Positions 10,010 through 19,208 of a DNA stretch of 64,000 nucleotides are shown in pieces. The position numbers and the translations under genes are program-made. Each line of letters begins with the position of its first letter. Within the stretch, counting starts at the first letter, position 1. The stretch is from an uncultured Gammaproteobacteria bacterium (GTDB lineage Bacteria > Patescibacteriota > Patescibacteriia > Magasanikbacterales > GWA2-37-8), in NCBI GenBank assembly GCA_964510885.1, contig CAZEDL010000001.1, positions 684 through 64,683 of the forward strand, written 5' to 3'. The notes beneath the pieces are model-generated. The model ran no database searches and was not told the origin of the DNA. It saw nothing but the letters and a program-made list of their open reading frames with translations.

Positions 10010-10717
10010 TTAACGGGTGGCAGTGGCTGGAGCCGGCGCCAGATTGACGGTTAGAATGGCGTAATCAGTGCCGGGCCGGTTGGCTTCGTCGCCTTCGGCC
10101 AAGATAGAGCCGGTAATCCCGGCTTTGTTCTCGAATGATACTTGTTTGATGGTCTGGCCGGTGGTTTCCTGAACAATGGTGTAGCCAGCTTTGCGCAGTT
10201 CGGTTTTGTAGTAGTTCGCTACAAATGAAGGTTCGGCATCCATGTTGTGCCATTCGATCTGGATGGTGTCGCGATGATCCGAAACAGGGGTGGCCAGGAT
10301 GTGCCAGGTTTTGGTGAGCGTGCCGACGCGGCTATCCGGCTCTGAGCTCTGGGTGCCAGTGTTATTTTTGGAGAGGAACAATTGCGATAAAATTAATTTA
10401 GGGAAAAAGGCGGCGATTTCTACGGCTCGGTTTTTATATCCGCCGGAAACAAAGGTGATGCGTTCGATGGCATCGCGATCATAGACCGGAATTTCTTTGG
10501 GGAAGCTAGGCGGCACGTTTGATAGTACAGTCGGGCCTTTGCCTACGGCCAAGCGAAAGGCGATAATACTGCCCACGATAAAAATAATAATAGCTAAACA
10601 GCCGGTGAATAGAATCCGGCGCAAGCCGAAGTGGCTTTTGGTAAGTTCGCCGATCGGAGGTTCAACGATCTCTATCTCGTCAAGCAAATCGGGGTTTATA
10701 GCCATAGATAATGACAA
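10010..10717 (-). CDS. hypothetical single-TM protein with extracytoplasmic domain
   Basis: One TM helix, then FPKEIPVY...YYKTELRKAGY; tightly packed before murJ. Confidence 0.7.
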   Translation of the reverse strand: MSLSMAINPDLLDEIEIVEPPIGELTKSHFGLRRILFTGCLAIIIFIVGSIIAFRLAVGKGPTVLSNVPPSFPKEIPVYDRDAIERITFVSGGYKNRAVEIAAFFPKLILSQLFLSKNNTGTQSSEPDSRVGTLTKTWHILATPVSDHRDTIQIEWHNMDAEPSFVANYYKTELRKAGYTIVQETTGQTIKQVSFENKAGITGSILAEGDEANRPGTDYAILTVNLAPAPATATR

Positions 10718-10870
10718 TAGTAATCAATCCAGCCAGAAACAGGGAAACTGGTCAGATTTTAACAGGTTTTTATCCTTTTGAATAGTCCTCAATTAGCCAC
10801 TTTTATTGTTTGTTTCTGGGTAATATGATTTAATGTATTAATTATCTGATTTCGTTTTTAATATAAGTGT

Positions 10871-12238
10871 ATGCGTATTTCTTTTTTGGGTGCTGCTGGC
10901 CAGGTGACTGGTTCATCGAGCTTGATTGAAGCTGGTGCATACCGAATTTTGATCGATTGTGGGATGTTTCAGGGTGGCGAAGATAACGAGATTCATAATT
11001 GGGATCCACTGCCGTTTGATCCGACCACGTTGACCCATGTGTTTGTGACCCATGCGCACCTTGATCATGTGGGGCGATTACCGCTTCTTATCCAGGGTGG
11101 GTACCAAGGCTTTATCTATGCCACGCCGCCGACCGCGGCACTTGCCAGTCTCATCCTGAACGATGCGCGCGGTGTGATGGAACATAACCAGCACATGACC
11201 GGCCGAACGCCGCTGTATACCGAAGCTGATATTGCGAATCTCGTTAGTCGGTTCAAACATATTGATTATGATGAGCCGATGGAACTCAAGACAGGAACGA
11301 CTAGCGGCGCACAGGTGACACTGCATGATGCCGGACATATTTTTGGTTCGGCTTTTATCGAGCTTCAGATAGAAGGAAAAAAAATTGTATTTTCGGGTGA
11401 TGTCGGAAATATCCAGGTGCCGATTCTACGCGACACAGCAGCACTGCCGTCAGATATTGATGTCCTGGTGTGCGAATCAACGTATGGCAACCGTAAGCAC
11501 GAATCAGTTACCGAGCGCCGGGCTCTGATCGAGCGCATGGTGCGCGAAGCGATGGAGCGCGGAGGCGTATTATTGATTCCGTCATTTTCACTCGAACGTA
11601 CGCAGGAATTAATTTATGAATTGAATGATCTGGTGGCGCGCAAACATCAATTGCCACGTATCCCGATTTTTCTGGATAGTCCGCTGGCGATTGATGCGCT
11701 ACGGGTGTATCGCCAGTTCCCTAAATATTATGATGCCGAAGCCAAGCACCTGATTTCGATCGGTGATGATTTATTCCAGTTCCCCGGGCTTACCTTTACC
11801 TATTCGCGGGATGAATCAAAACATATTAATAATACGCCTGGATCAAAAATTATTATTGCTGGTGCGGGCATGATGAATGGTGGGCGGATTGTGCATCATG
11901 CACGGCGCTATTTGTCGGATGAACGCAATACGCTTTTGATTATTGGGTATCAAGCTGAAGGCACGCTCGGCCGTCGCATTCTTGATGGTGAGTCGCCAGT
12001 TGTGATCATGGGTGAGCGAGTGGCGGTGAAATGCCAGGTGAAAGCCACGGGTGCATTATCTGCTCATGGCGATCAGGATAAATTGGTTAAATGGATTTGC
12101 GATACCAAAATTCATCCGAAACTTGTATACCTTAATCATGGCGAGCCGAAAAATGGAGCGGTGCTGGCGGAGAGATTGGAGAAGGAAGTAGGTAGCAAGG
12201 CGGTGCCGGTGGAAGAAGGAATGGTTATTGAGGTATAA
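10871..12238 (+). CDS. MBL-fold beta-CASP ribonuclease (YSH1/TTHA0252-like)
   Basis: LGAAGQVTGS, THAHLDHVG, AGHIFGSA, FSGDVG, ESTYG, ERTQE, SAHGD, NHGE. Confidence 0.93.
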   Translation: MRISFLGAAGQVTGSSSLIEAGAYRILIDCGMFQGGEDNEIHNWDPLPFDPTTLTHVFVTHAHLDHVGRLPLLIQGGYQGFIYATPPTAALASLILNDARGVMEHNQHMTGRTPLYTEADIANLVSRFKHIDYDEPMELKTGTTSGAQVTLHDAGHIFGSAFIELQIEGKKIVFSGDVGNIQVPILRDTAALPSDIDVLVCESTYGNRKHESVTERRALIERMVREAMERGGVLLIPSFSLERTQELIYELNDLVARKHQLPRIPIFLDSPLAIDALRVYRQFPKYYDAEAKHLISIGDDLFQFPGLTFTYSRDESKHINNTPGSKIIIAGAGMMNGGRIVHHARRYLSDERNTLLIIGYQAEGTLGRRILDGESPVVIMGERVAVKCQVKATGALSAHGDQDKLVKWICDTKIHPKLVYLNHGEPKNGAVLAERLEKEVGSKAVPVEEGMVIEV

Positions 12239-12267
12239 AAACTTCTTTTTAAGAAAAATTTTTTTAC

Positions 12268-12300
12268 TTATCCACACATTTAGCATGTGTGGATTTTTTT
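12268..12300 (+). terminator. hairpin terminator containing a perfect DnaA box
   Basis: ATCCACACAT-TTAGC-ATGTGTGGAT plus T tract; TTATCCACA at 12268-12276. Confidence 0.55.
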
Positions 12301-12347
12301 ATTTAATTTTAGCCAAAAAATTGTTTTATAATTTTTGGGGAAAAGTG

Positions 12348-12400
12348 TTGACGGGTGCAGCTATGTGGTATAAAATGGGGTCAAGTGGTATAAAGTGGTA
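12348..12400 (+). promoter_or_regulatory. mraZ promoter with four 10-bp-phased MraZ boxes
   Basis: TTGACG(12348)-17 nt-TAAAAT(12371); GTGG/ATGG at 12365, 12375, 12385 and 12395 match the known GTGG-N6 MraZ operator periodicity. Confidence 0.85.
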
Positions 12401-12502
12401 AACGAAGAATTGGACAAGAATGCTTGTTTTGTTCACCTTCATTTATCTTTTTAACCTCCGTCGTACATTGACATGTCCGGTGCGTACGGAATCTAAAATG
12501 TT

Positions 12503-12934
12503 ATGTTCATCGGCGAATACAGTCATACCCTTGATGATAAAGGACGCGTGGCGATCCCAATTAAGTTCCGCCCCAGCCTTAAAAAAGGCGCGGTGGTGAC
12601 GCGCGGGCTTGATCATTGCTTGTTTGTATATACCGCTGCCGAGTGGGGCAAGCTGGCCGAGAAATTGGTCAATTTGCCCATCAGTCAGGCTAATAGTCGG
12701 GCCTTTGCCCGCCTCATGCTAGCCGGAGCGATGGACATTGGTGTTGATAAGCAGGGTCGTGTGATCTTGCCAGATTACCTACGTGAATTTGCCCAGCTTA
12801 AAAAAGATGTGATTGTGGCAGGCCTCTATAATCGTCTGGAAATTTGGGATGCTGCTACCTGGAAGAGGTATAAAGAGCAGACCGAAGCCGAAAGCAATGC
12901 CATTGCGGAACGCATGGGTGAACTTGGTGTGTAA
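12503..12934 (+). CDS. mraZ: division/cell wall cluster transcriptional repressor MraZ
   Basis: MFIGEYSHTLDDKGRVAIP, DKQGRVILP, RLEIWD. Confidence 0.97.
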   Translation: MFIGEYSHTLDDKGRVAIPIKFRPSLKKGAVVTRGLDHCLFVYTAAEWGKLAEKLVNLPISQANSRAFARLMLAGAMDIGVDKQGRVILPDYLREFAQLKKDVIVAGLYNRLEIWDAATWKRYKEQTEAESNAIAERMGELGV

Positions 12935-12945
12935 TCGACGTCACT

Positions 12946-13869
12946 ATGCCTCGACATGAATCGGTATTCCCGGAAGAAGTGATTACTGGATTAGCCCTCA
13001 AAGCCGGGGCCCATATTATTGACGGCACGCTTGGGGATGGTGGTCACAGCGAACGGGTTCTTAAAAAGATTGGCATCAAAGGGCGGTTGCTCGGAATTGA
13101 TGCAGATCCGGAATCGCTCCTACGTGCCAAACAATATCTCTATCCGTGGGCAGAGCAAACCACCTTTGTCCGCGATAACTTCGTTAATCTGAGTGAAATT
13201 GTGCGAGCACATAATTTTACTCCGGTGAATGGAATTGTGCTTGACCTTGGGTGGTCAAGCCCGCAGTTTGCCGAACGTGGGCGTGGATTCAGCTTTGACC
13301 CGGCAATGGGTCAAGATGAGCCGCTCGATATGCGGTATGACCCGAATGCGACCACCGGAACTGCGGCAGAGCTCTTGAATACGTTATCTGCCGATGAGTT
13401 AACCAGTATTTTTCACCGCTATGGTGAAGAAAAATTTGACCGGGCCATTGCCGAATCAATTGTAGAAGCGCGGAAACATAAGCAGTTTGAACGAACGAGT
13501 GAGTTGGTGAATGTGGTGCTTGATGTCTATCGCACAAAGTTGCACAGCACCAAAGAAGTGCCCTGGGTAGGCGGTATTCATCCGGCCACCAAGGTGTTCC
13601 AGGCGCTCCGCATTGCGGTCAATCAAGAGCTTAGCGTTCTCGAACAGGTGTTGCCCCAAGCTGTAGATATACTTGCACCCGGTGGGCGGCTCGCGATCAT
13701 TACGTTTCATTCGCTTGAGGACCGAATAGTAAAACATTTTTTTCAACAAGGGTCGGTGGCCGATCGAATAACGGTCATCACTAAAAAACCACTAATTCCA
13801 AGTGAGGCAGAACTAGCTGCTAACCCCCGGGCGCGCAGTGCCAAACTCCGAATAGTAGCCAAGAAGTAA
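12946..13869 (+). CDS. rsmH: 16S rRNA m4C1402 methyltransferase RsmH
   Basis: DGTLGDGGH, DLGWSSPQ, RGFSF, PLDMR, HPATKVFQALRIAVN, FHSLEDRIVK, NPRARSAKLR. Confidence 0.97.
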   Translation: MPRHESVFPEEVITGLALKAGAHIIDGTLGDGGHSERVLKKIGIKGRLLGIDADPESLLRAKQYLYPWAEQTTFVRDNFVNLSEIVRAHNFTPVNGIVLDLGWSSPQFAERGRGFSFDPAMGQDEPLDMRYDPNATTGTAAELLNTLSADELTSIFHRYGEEKFDRAIAESIVEARKHKQFERTSELVNVVLDVYRTKLHSTKEVPWVGGIHPATKVFQALRIAVNQELSVLEQVLPQAVDILAPGGRLAIITFHSLEDRIVKHFFQQGSVADRITVITKKPLIPSEAELAANPRARSAKLRIVAKK

Positions 13870-13888
13870 TTTATTTTAACCCTGGTAT

Positions 13889-14248
13889 ATGCGTCTTAAG
13901 CGCCAGCTCGAATATCAAACCCGTCATTTCCTTCATTTTTTACAAACCATTGAATTACCGGTAGCACTATTGTCTCCCCGGTTGAAACGCGGTTTGTTTA
14001 TGGCAGTGATTGTGTTTGGAATTGGGTATGTATTTCAGATGAGCTCGCTTTCGACCAGCGGCTATGTGATTCAGGATCTTGAAAAGCAGATTGCTGGTTT
14101 GAATTCTGAGCAGCAGAAACTTGATGTGGCGGTGGCTACTGGTCAATCGATGGCTAGTATCCAAGAACGACTCCCTCATTTGCGCCTGACCCCGATTGCT
14201 AAGATTGAACATGTGCAGCTGACTACGCAAACGGCACTGGCACGCTAA
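13889..14248 (+). CDS. FtsL-like cell division protein
   Basis: Directly follows rsmH; one TM helix then a coiled coil (GYVIQDLEKQIAGLNSEQQKL). Confidence 0.65.
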   Translation: MRLKRQLEYQTRHFLHFLQTIELPVALLSPRLKRGLFMAVIVFGIGYVFQMSSLSTSGYVIQDLEKQIAGLNSEQQKLDVAVATGQSMASIQERLPHLRLTPIAKIEHVQLTTQTALAR

Positions 14249-14281
14249 GGTTGGCAAGAGGTGATTTTAATATGTTATACT

Positions 14282-14309
14282 AAATACCAGTTTTCAGACT
14301 GGTATTTTT
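14282..14309 (+). terminator. intrinsic terminator after mraZ-rsmH-ftsL
   Basis: AAATACCAGT-TTTCAG-ACTGGTATTT followed by T tract. Confidence 0.6.
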
Positions 14310-14318
14310 GTTTAGTCT

Positions 14319-15371
14319 ATGATTTTTTTTCTGGCTGCATTTGGAGTGTCTCTGCTTGCTACTTATGGCGTGAAATATCTGGCTCGATCGCTCGAGATTG
14401 TGGATTGGCCTGATGGCGAGCGTAAGCTGCATACTAAGCCGGTGGCGCTGCTTGGCGGGTTGGCAATTTTTATTTCATTCTGGTTGGTTGCCGGATATGT
14501 CAGTTTTTTTACTACTGCCTTTGAGCCGCATATCCATGGGGGGCAACTTTTGGGGATTTTTTTAGCTAGTTCTATCCTGATGATTCTTGGCAGTATTGAT
14601 GATGTGAAATCCCTAGGGCCGTGGGTTCGTTTACTTGTCACTGCGGCGGCGGTTTTACTGGTATTATTTTTTGGGGTTGGTCTTGATAAAATTACCAATC
14701 CCTTCGGCGGTAGTTTTGATCTTAATTTTTGGACGGTTTCGCTATCAAGTCTTGGCACGATAGCGGTGGTGGGGGATGCGCTGGTTTTTTTCTGGTTGTT
14801 TGGGATGATGTATACCACCAAGGTTTTGGACGGCTTAGATGGTCTGGCAGCGGGCATTGTGACGATTGGGCTTTTCATGGTGTATTTTTTGACTCAAACT
14901 AAAAAGTTTTGGCAGCCGGATGTGGGGCTTATGGCCCTGATTGCAGCCGGGGCAGTGCTCGGATTTTTGTGTTTTAATTTTCATCCGGCCAAGATATTTT
15001 TGGGTGAAGGGGGAAGCCTCTTGATCGGGTTTTTGCTTGGTGTTTTGGCGGTTATTTCGGGCGGAAAAATTGCCACAGCGCTCCTCGTGATGGCGGTGCC
15101 GATTCTGGATTTGGTCCGGGTGATTTATGTGCGCTGGCGCGATGGACGGTCGGTATTTCAGGGGGATCGCGAGCACCTGCATTTCCGCTTGCGCGATGCC
15201 GGATTTTCGGAGCGGGGAGCAGTGTTATTTTTATATGCCGTAGCCTTGGTGTTTGGCTTTACCACCTTATTTTTGCAAAGTAAATTTAAATTAATTACCC
15301 TGCTTGGCCTCGCGATTGCGATGGGATTATTTGGGATCTGGCTTGGGAAAGCGCCGCGGCGTCAGCAATAA
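14319..15371 (+). CDS. MraY/WecA/TagO-family polyprenyl-phosphate HexNAc-1-P transferase
   Basis: RKLH..PVALLGG, IDD, DGLDGL, NFHPAKIFLGEGG, GDREHLHFRL (WecA/TagO-type rather than MraY). Confidence 0.9.
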   Translation: MIFFLAAFGVSLLATYGVKYLARSLEIVDWPDGERKLHTKPVALLGGLAIFISFWLVAGYVSFFTTAFEPHIHGGQLLGIFLASSILMILGSIDDVKSLGPWVRLLVTAAAVLLVLFFGVGLDKITNPFGGSFDLNFWTVSLSSLGTIAVVGDALVFFWLFGMMYTTKVLDGLDGLAAGIVTIGLFMVYFLTQTKKFWQPDVGLMALIAAGAVLGFLCFNFHPAKIFLGEGGSLLIGFLLGVLAVISGGKIATALLVMAVPILDLVRVIYVRWRDGRSVFQGDREHLHFRLRDAGFSERGAVLFLYAVALVFGFTTLFLQSKFKLITLLGLAIAMGLFGIWLGKAPRRQQ

Positions 15372-15379
15372 TTTCTACT

Positions 15380-15859
15380 ATGCTTCTCGCTTCTAAACAT
15401 AAAGGACCGGTAAAAATTTGGCATCTAGTGCTATTTGCACTTATTATTTTGGCTGCGATCGGGACACGGCTATATGCGCGTTATTGGCCAACTGGCATTG
15501 TGCGGATTGGCGGGCAGGAGTTAAAAGTGTGGGTAGCGGATAACGATCGCCACCGGTTCCGGGGGCTGAGTGACCGCCGTGATCTTGGAGGTAAGGGTGG
15601 AATGTTATTTGTGTTTCCCGTGCGTAGTCAGCATACTATGGTGATGCGGGAGATGAATTTTCCTCTTGATATTGTGTGGCTGGATGGAAACACGATCGTA
15701 GATATTGCACCAAATTTGCCGCCTGAACCAGGGCGCCCTGAAAGCGAGCTGACACCCTATCCCGGACGTGCACCATCTACAAAAGTCCTCGAATTACCGG
15801 CCGGCTTTACCGCTACGTATGTGGTGGCGGTGGGTGATACGGTGACAATTGCTTATTAA
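15380..15859 (+). CDS. DUF192 domain protein
   Basis: VAD...RGLSDR...GMLFVF...MREMNFPLDIVW...VLELPAG. Confidence 0.9.
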   Translation: MLLASKHKGPVKIWHLVLFALIILAAIGTRLYARYWPTGIVRIGGQELKVWVADNDRHRFRGLSDRRDLGGKGGMLFVFPVRSQHTMVMREMNFPLDIVWLDGNTIVDIAPNLPPEPGRPESELTPYPGRAPSTKVLELPAGFTATYVVAVGDTVTIAY

Positions 15860-15893
15860 TTTGGCTAAAATAAGCAAAAATAATGCGCTTAAC

Positions 15894-15977
15894 TGTCATT
15901 CCCGCGCAAGCGGGAATCTAAGGTGGTTTAACAAAGTCTATAGTGTTTACTGGATTCCAGCTTGCGCGGGAATGACA
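15894..15977. repeat. REP/dRS3/RPE-like palindromic element (TGTCATTCCCGC...GCGGGAATGACA)
   Basis: 27-bp inverted arms with 2 mismatches; ATTCCC-N8-GGGAAT core in the left arm. Confidence 0.85.
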
Positions 15978-16012
15978 AAACGAGTTTTTGGCGAATAATA
16001 CACATTATTTAA

Positions 16013-16041
16013 TTGACAACGATTACGTTTTAGGCTATACT
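16013..16041 (+). promoter_or_regulatory. sigma70 promoter for rplU
   Basis: TTGACA(16013)-17 nt-TATACT(16036). Confidence 0.75.
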
Positions 16042-16072
16042 CTACTGCGTTAGTATATTTTAAGCAGTTTTT

Positions 16073-16378
16073 ATGCAGGCAGTTATTGCTACCGGTGGTA
16101 AACAATATTGGGTTAAGACTGGAGACGTCCTTAAGGTTGAAAAGCTGGTTGGCGACGAAGGTCAGACAATTACTTTCAATGAAGTCTTGTTTCAGGCAGC
16201 AGATGATGGCAGTGACTTGAAGGTTGGTATGCCGACCCTCATGGGTGCTACGGTCAGCGCGGTGATTGTGAAGCAGGGCAAGCATCGCACGGTGCGCGTA
16301 GAGAAATTTAAACGCAAAGTGCGGTATCACAAAGTGCATGGACAGCGTCAGCGGTATACGGAAGTGAAAATTTCATAA
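16073..16378 (+). CDS. rplU: 50S ribosomal protein L21
   Basis: AVIATGGKQYWV..GD.LKVEKL; C-terminal KFKRKVRYHKVHGQRQRYT. Confidence 0.97.
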   Translation: MQAVIATGGKQYWVKTGDVLKVEKLVGDEGQTITFNEVLFQAADDGSDLKVGMPTLMGATVSAVIVKQGKHRTVRVEKFKRKVRYHKVHGQRQRYTEVKIS

Positions 16379-16385
16379 TAGATAT

Positions 16386-16417
16386 AAAAAAATCCCGATA
16401 TATACTCGGGATTTTTT
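16386..16417. terminator. bidirectional terminator after rplU
   Basis: AAAAAAATCCCGA...TCGGGATTTTTT. Confidence 0.7.
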
Positions 16418-16991
16418 AATACATTTTTTTAATATTTTTTTGTTTTTCTTGCTTAATTTTTTCGGCTTGCCAACGTTTGGGACTGAAACAACTTTTGCTC
16501 TCCCAGCTAATCCCAAAGTTTGCTAAGAAGGTTCGCAGTGGGCCCGGTGGTTTAATTTTACAAATAGTTTCGGTTTCTGAGTAGAATAGGTCCGTTGGGA
16601 GGCCGTGGTCTTTCCAGGTTTGTTGAAGGTCTGTGAATTCACTGCGTGTTAGGTTTAAGGCCCAACAACAATTGTCATCGTAATGACTAAACGTGCTATC
16701 GGGATTACTTGGGTCGTTGCCAATGATAACTTTAAATAGATCGGGGGTGGCTGAGTTTGTATTGGTTTGTATCCACGTAAAAATTTCTGAAATAACTGCT
16801 TCTCTCTCAGCGGGGGTCCCAGTGAGGTCGCCAGATCTAGCTTCCTTCTTTGCACCTTTAAGTGGGTAGAGAATTTCGGCTTCGTAATAACTAGCCGTGC
16901 GACTGATATGCCCGGCAGTTATTTGGATAGCCTTAGGAAACTCGACACTCTTTTCATCAAAAAAATAATAGAGCTCGGGAAGATAGATCAT
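16416..16991 (-). CDS. hypothetical protein
   Basis: Likely ATG at 16991 (MIYLPELYY), right after the recR stop; the longer called ORF overlaps recR. Confidence 0.65.
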   Translation of the reverse strand: MIYLPELYYFFDEKSVEFPKAIQITAGHISRTASYYEAEILYPLKGAKKEARSGDLTGTPAEREAVISEIFTWIQTNTNSATPDLFKVIIGNDPSNPDSTFSHYDDNCCWALNLTRSEFTDLQQTWKDHGLPTDLFYSETETICKIKPPGPLRTFLANFGISWESKSCFSPKRWQAEKIKQEKQKNIKKMY

Positions 16992-16995
16992 AGAT

Positions 16996-17595
16996 TTATT
17001 TTTCCGTTCGGCCTTTGAGGGCATTGCCGAGGGTGATTTCGTCGGCATATTGAAGGTCGCTGCCCATGGGGAGGCCGCGGGCAAGGCGGGTGATTTTTAG
17101 GTCGGGTTTTAGTTTTTTGATCTGTTGTTCCAGATATAGCCGAGTGGTTTCTCCGGGAAGGTCGGGATTCAAAGCGATGATTATTTCTTGCGGCGTTTCA
17201 GCGGTAACTCTTTTCAGAAGTTCTAGAATCTTGGTTTTATCGAGTTCGTCTTGATCGAGCGAATCGATCGTGCCGCGCAGCACATGATAGCGGCCTTTAT
17301 ATTGTTTAGTTTTTTCGAGAGCCACGAGTTCGGGTGGATTGGCTACCACGCAGATCATGGCGGCGTCTCGGCTTGCATCAGCGCAAATGGGGCAGGGATT
17401 ACTGTCGGAAAAATCCCAGCAGGTTTCGCAGCTTTTTACGTTGTCTATTACTTCTTTAAGGGCGATGAGGAGCTCCGTGGCTTCTTTTTTGCCTGATTTA
17501 AGCCAGTGAAATAAAAATTTTTCCGCCGTGTGTTGTCCAACGGTGGGGAGTTTTTTGAGTTGTTTGAGAAGGCTTTGGATGGAAGGACTATACAT
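16996..17595 (-). CDS. recR: recombination mediator RecR
   Basis: LKKLPTVG, C4 zinc finger CETC...CPIC, YHVLRG, TOPRIM region, TRLARGLPMGSDLQYADEITL; likely start MYSPSIQ. Confidence 0.95.
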   Translation of the reverse strand: MYSPSIQSLLKQLKKLPTVGQHTAEKFLFHWLKSGKKEATELLIALKEVIDNVKSCETCWDFSDSNPCPICADASRDAAMICVVANPPELVALEKTKQYKGRYHVLRGTIDSLDQDELDKTKILELLKRVTAETPQEIIIALNPDLPGETTRLYLEQQIKKLKPDLKITRLARGLPMGSDLQYADEITLGNALKGRTEK

Positions 17596-17596
17596 G

Positions 17597-18865
17597 TTAA
17601 ACGCGAGAAAGATCGGTATGAGCAAATTTTTTAATTTGATCCATAGCTTTTTTAGCGACTGCTCTATCTTCGTTAATTATCCAGTGGGCAGCAGGAAACA
17701 AGGTTGATTTCATGCCCTCTGTATCAGGATCAAACTCTAATTCTAATCTTTTAAGCACTTCCGATTCTTCAATGTGGCCAGCTTCAAATTCATCCATGGC
17801 ATGATCGTATTCGTTTAAAAATTCTCTAAAATTCTGCTGAATCGTAGAAATTTTTGCTCGAAATTCTTGTTCTGATGTCTTTATCAGTTTTAGGAGGGCT
17901 GCAGAAATTTGCGAGTCTGGCTCAGTTTCGGCAGCTTTTATTGCTTGGTCAGAAAAAAATTGAATTTTTTTATCAATGGTTGCTTTAAGATTTTCGAATG
18001 GATCGCTGAACAGTTCTTGCTCAGTATTAAGATATGTAAAATTAGCTCGGGCTACTTCGCTTAGGTCGTAGGTGAGCTGCATGACTTCGTTAGCGATGAT
18101 CAGGGCGGAAGTAATTGTTTCGGGAGATCGAGCAGTTATTTTTTCATATATATATCCCTGATTATGTTCAGGTTCGTTTTGACCAGGCTTTCTTTTGCTA
18201 ATAGTTGCTTCTTTTAATCCTAATAATTCCAACAAAGCTTTATTGGTTGCTGGCCAATCTCGTTGGTGGAGTAGGGGTTGTTCTTCAAAAACCAAAAAAC
18301 CTCCTTCAGCTACTTGGAGATAATTCTCTTTGTCTAAACGATGGTTTATACCTGGGAAGATTTTTTCTTGGCCGGATTCGTCGCTCAAGCGAAGATCTTG
18401 TCCAGCTCCGGTTGGTGCGTACACATACCAGAGATCCACTTTTTTTCCTCCCCTTTTTTTTTCATCTACCAAACGTGCGTCCATGGTCAGCTCTGTTACG
18501 GTCCGTAGTTCACCCGCAAATTCAAAATTAAATATACGAGTCTGCGGTTCGGGTGTGGTAGTAGTATAAGGAATGCCTAATTGTTGAAGTTCGTTTGCAA
18601 AGCTACGCTCCACTGTGATGGTGTGGTCACAGTAGATAAATCTTTTTAAGTTAAAGGCTAAAAAAACTCGGAATGCATCTCCTCCGCACGCTGGATAATA
18701 CCCCGATTTAGGGGGGTGTTCAGCGGTAGCATCACGGGTTGATTCAATATTAGCCTTAAGTATAGATGGAGAAATGTTTCTGTTTTTGGCGATTAGTTCA
18801 ACCGCTTGTTGTAGTTGGTGGTGGCGCGATTCATTATCTAAAAATAACCTTGACTCTTGGTTCAT
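17597..18865 (-). CDS. hypothetical protein, possibly a degenerate SAM-binding fold, between ybaB and recR
   Basis: 422-aa AT-rich ORF; GYYPACGGD...FIYCD resembles a methyltransferase motif I/II. Confidence 0.65.
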   Translation of the reverse strand: MNQESRLFLDNESRHHQLQQAVELIAKNRNISPSILKANIESTRDATAEHPPKSGYYPACGGDAFRVFLAFNLKRFIYCDHTITVERSFANELQQLGIPYTTTTPEPQTRIFNFEFAGELRTVTELTMDARLVDEKKRGGKKVDLWYVYAPTGAGQDLRLSDESGQEKIFPGINHRLDKENYLQVAEGGFLVFEEQPLLHQRDWPATNKALLELLGLKEATISKRKPGQNEPEHNQGYIYEKITARSPETITSALIIANEVMQLTYDLSEVARANFTYLNTEQELFSDPFENLKATIDKKIQFFSDQAIKAAETEPDSQISAALLKLIKTSEQEFRAKISTIQQNFREFLNEYDHAMDEFEAGHIEESEVLKRLELEFDPDTEGMKSTLFPAAHWIINEDRAVAKKAMDQIKKFAHTDLSRV

Positions 18866-18868
18866 ATT

Positions 18869-19174
18869 TTAACTCATTCCCGGCAAGTTAAATCCGCCCA
18901 TGGATTGCATTTTGGTGGCGATAGTACGCTGCATTTTTTTGAGGGCATCCGAATAGGCATCTTTGAGACCGCTGATAAGTTTGTCTTTTTTATCTGGCGA
19001 CATCAGTTCGTCATCAATGGCGAGGCCGCTGACCTGGAGGTTACCATCCATGGTGAGAACGATTTTATCGCCGGCAGCTTTGACAGTGACGGTTTCGCCG
19101 GCCAAGAGATCCTGGAGTTTTTTGCCTTGATCACGGAGATCTTTGAATTCTTTGAGTTTGCTGAATACGGACAT
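18869..19174 (-). CDS. ybaB: YbaB/EbfC nucleoid-associated protein
   Basis: 101 aa, LQDLLAGETV...MDGN...LAID...MGGFNLPGM; synteny with recR. Confidence 0.88.
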   Translation of the reverse strand: MSVFSKLKEFKDLRDQGKKLQDLLAGETVTVKAAGDKIVLTMDGNLQVSGLAIDDELMSPDKKDKLISGLKDAYSDALKKMQRTIATKMQSMGGFNLPGMS

Positions 19175-19208
19175 ACAGTTACAATTAATAACTAGATTAG
19201 TAAATTAT

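Noticed and set aside
12240-12345. oriC candidate (AT-rich region with a DnaA box)
   Set aside because: Only one perfect box, embedded in a terminator hairpin; no dnaA/dnaN nearby and no C-to-G skew switch here.
14319-15371. mraY
   Set aside because: Loop motifs (RKLH...P, NFHPAKIF, DREHLH) fit WecA/TagO-type enzymes better.
15947-16339. 130-aa minus-strand ORF ending VIPAQAGIQ
   Set aside because: Antisense shadow of rplU running into the palindromic repeat.
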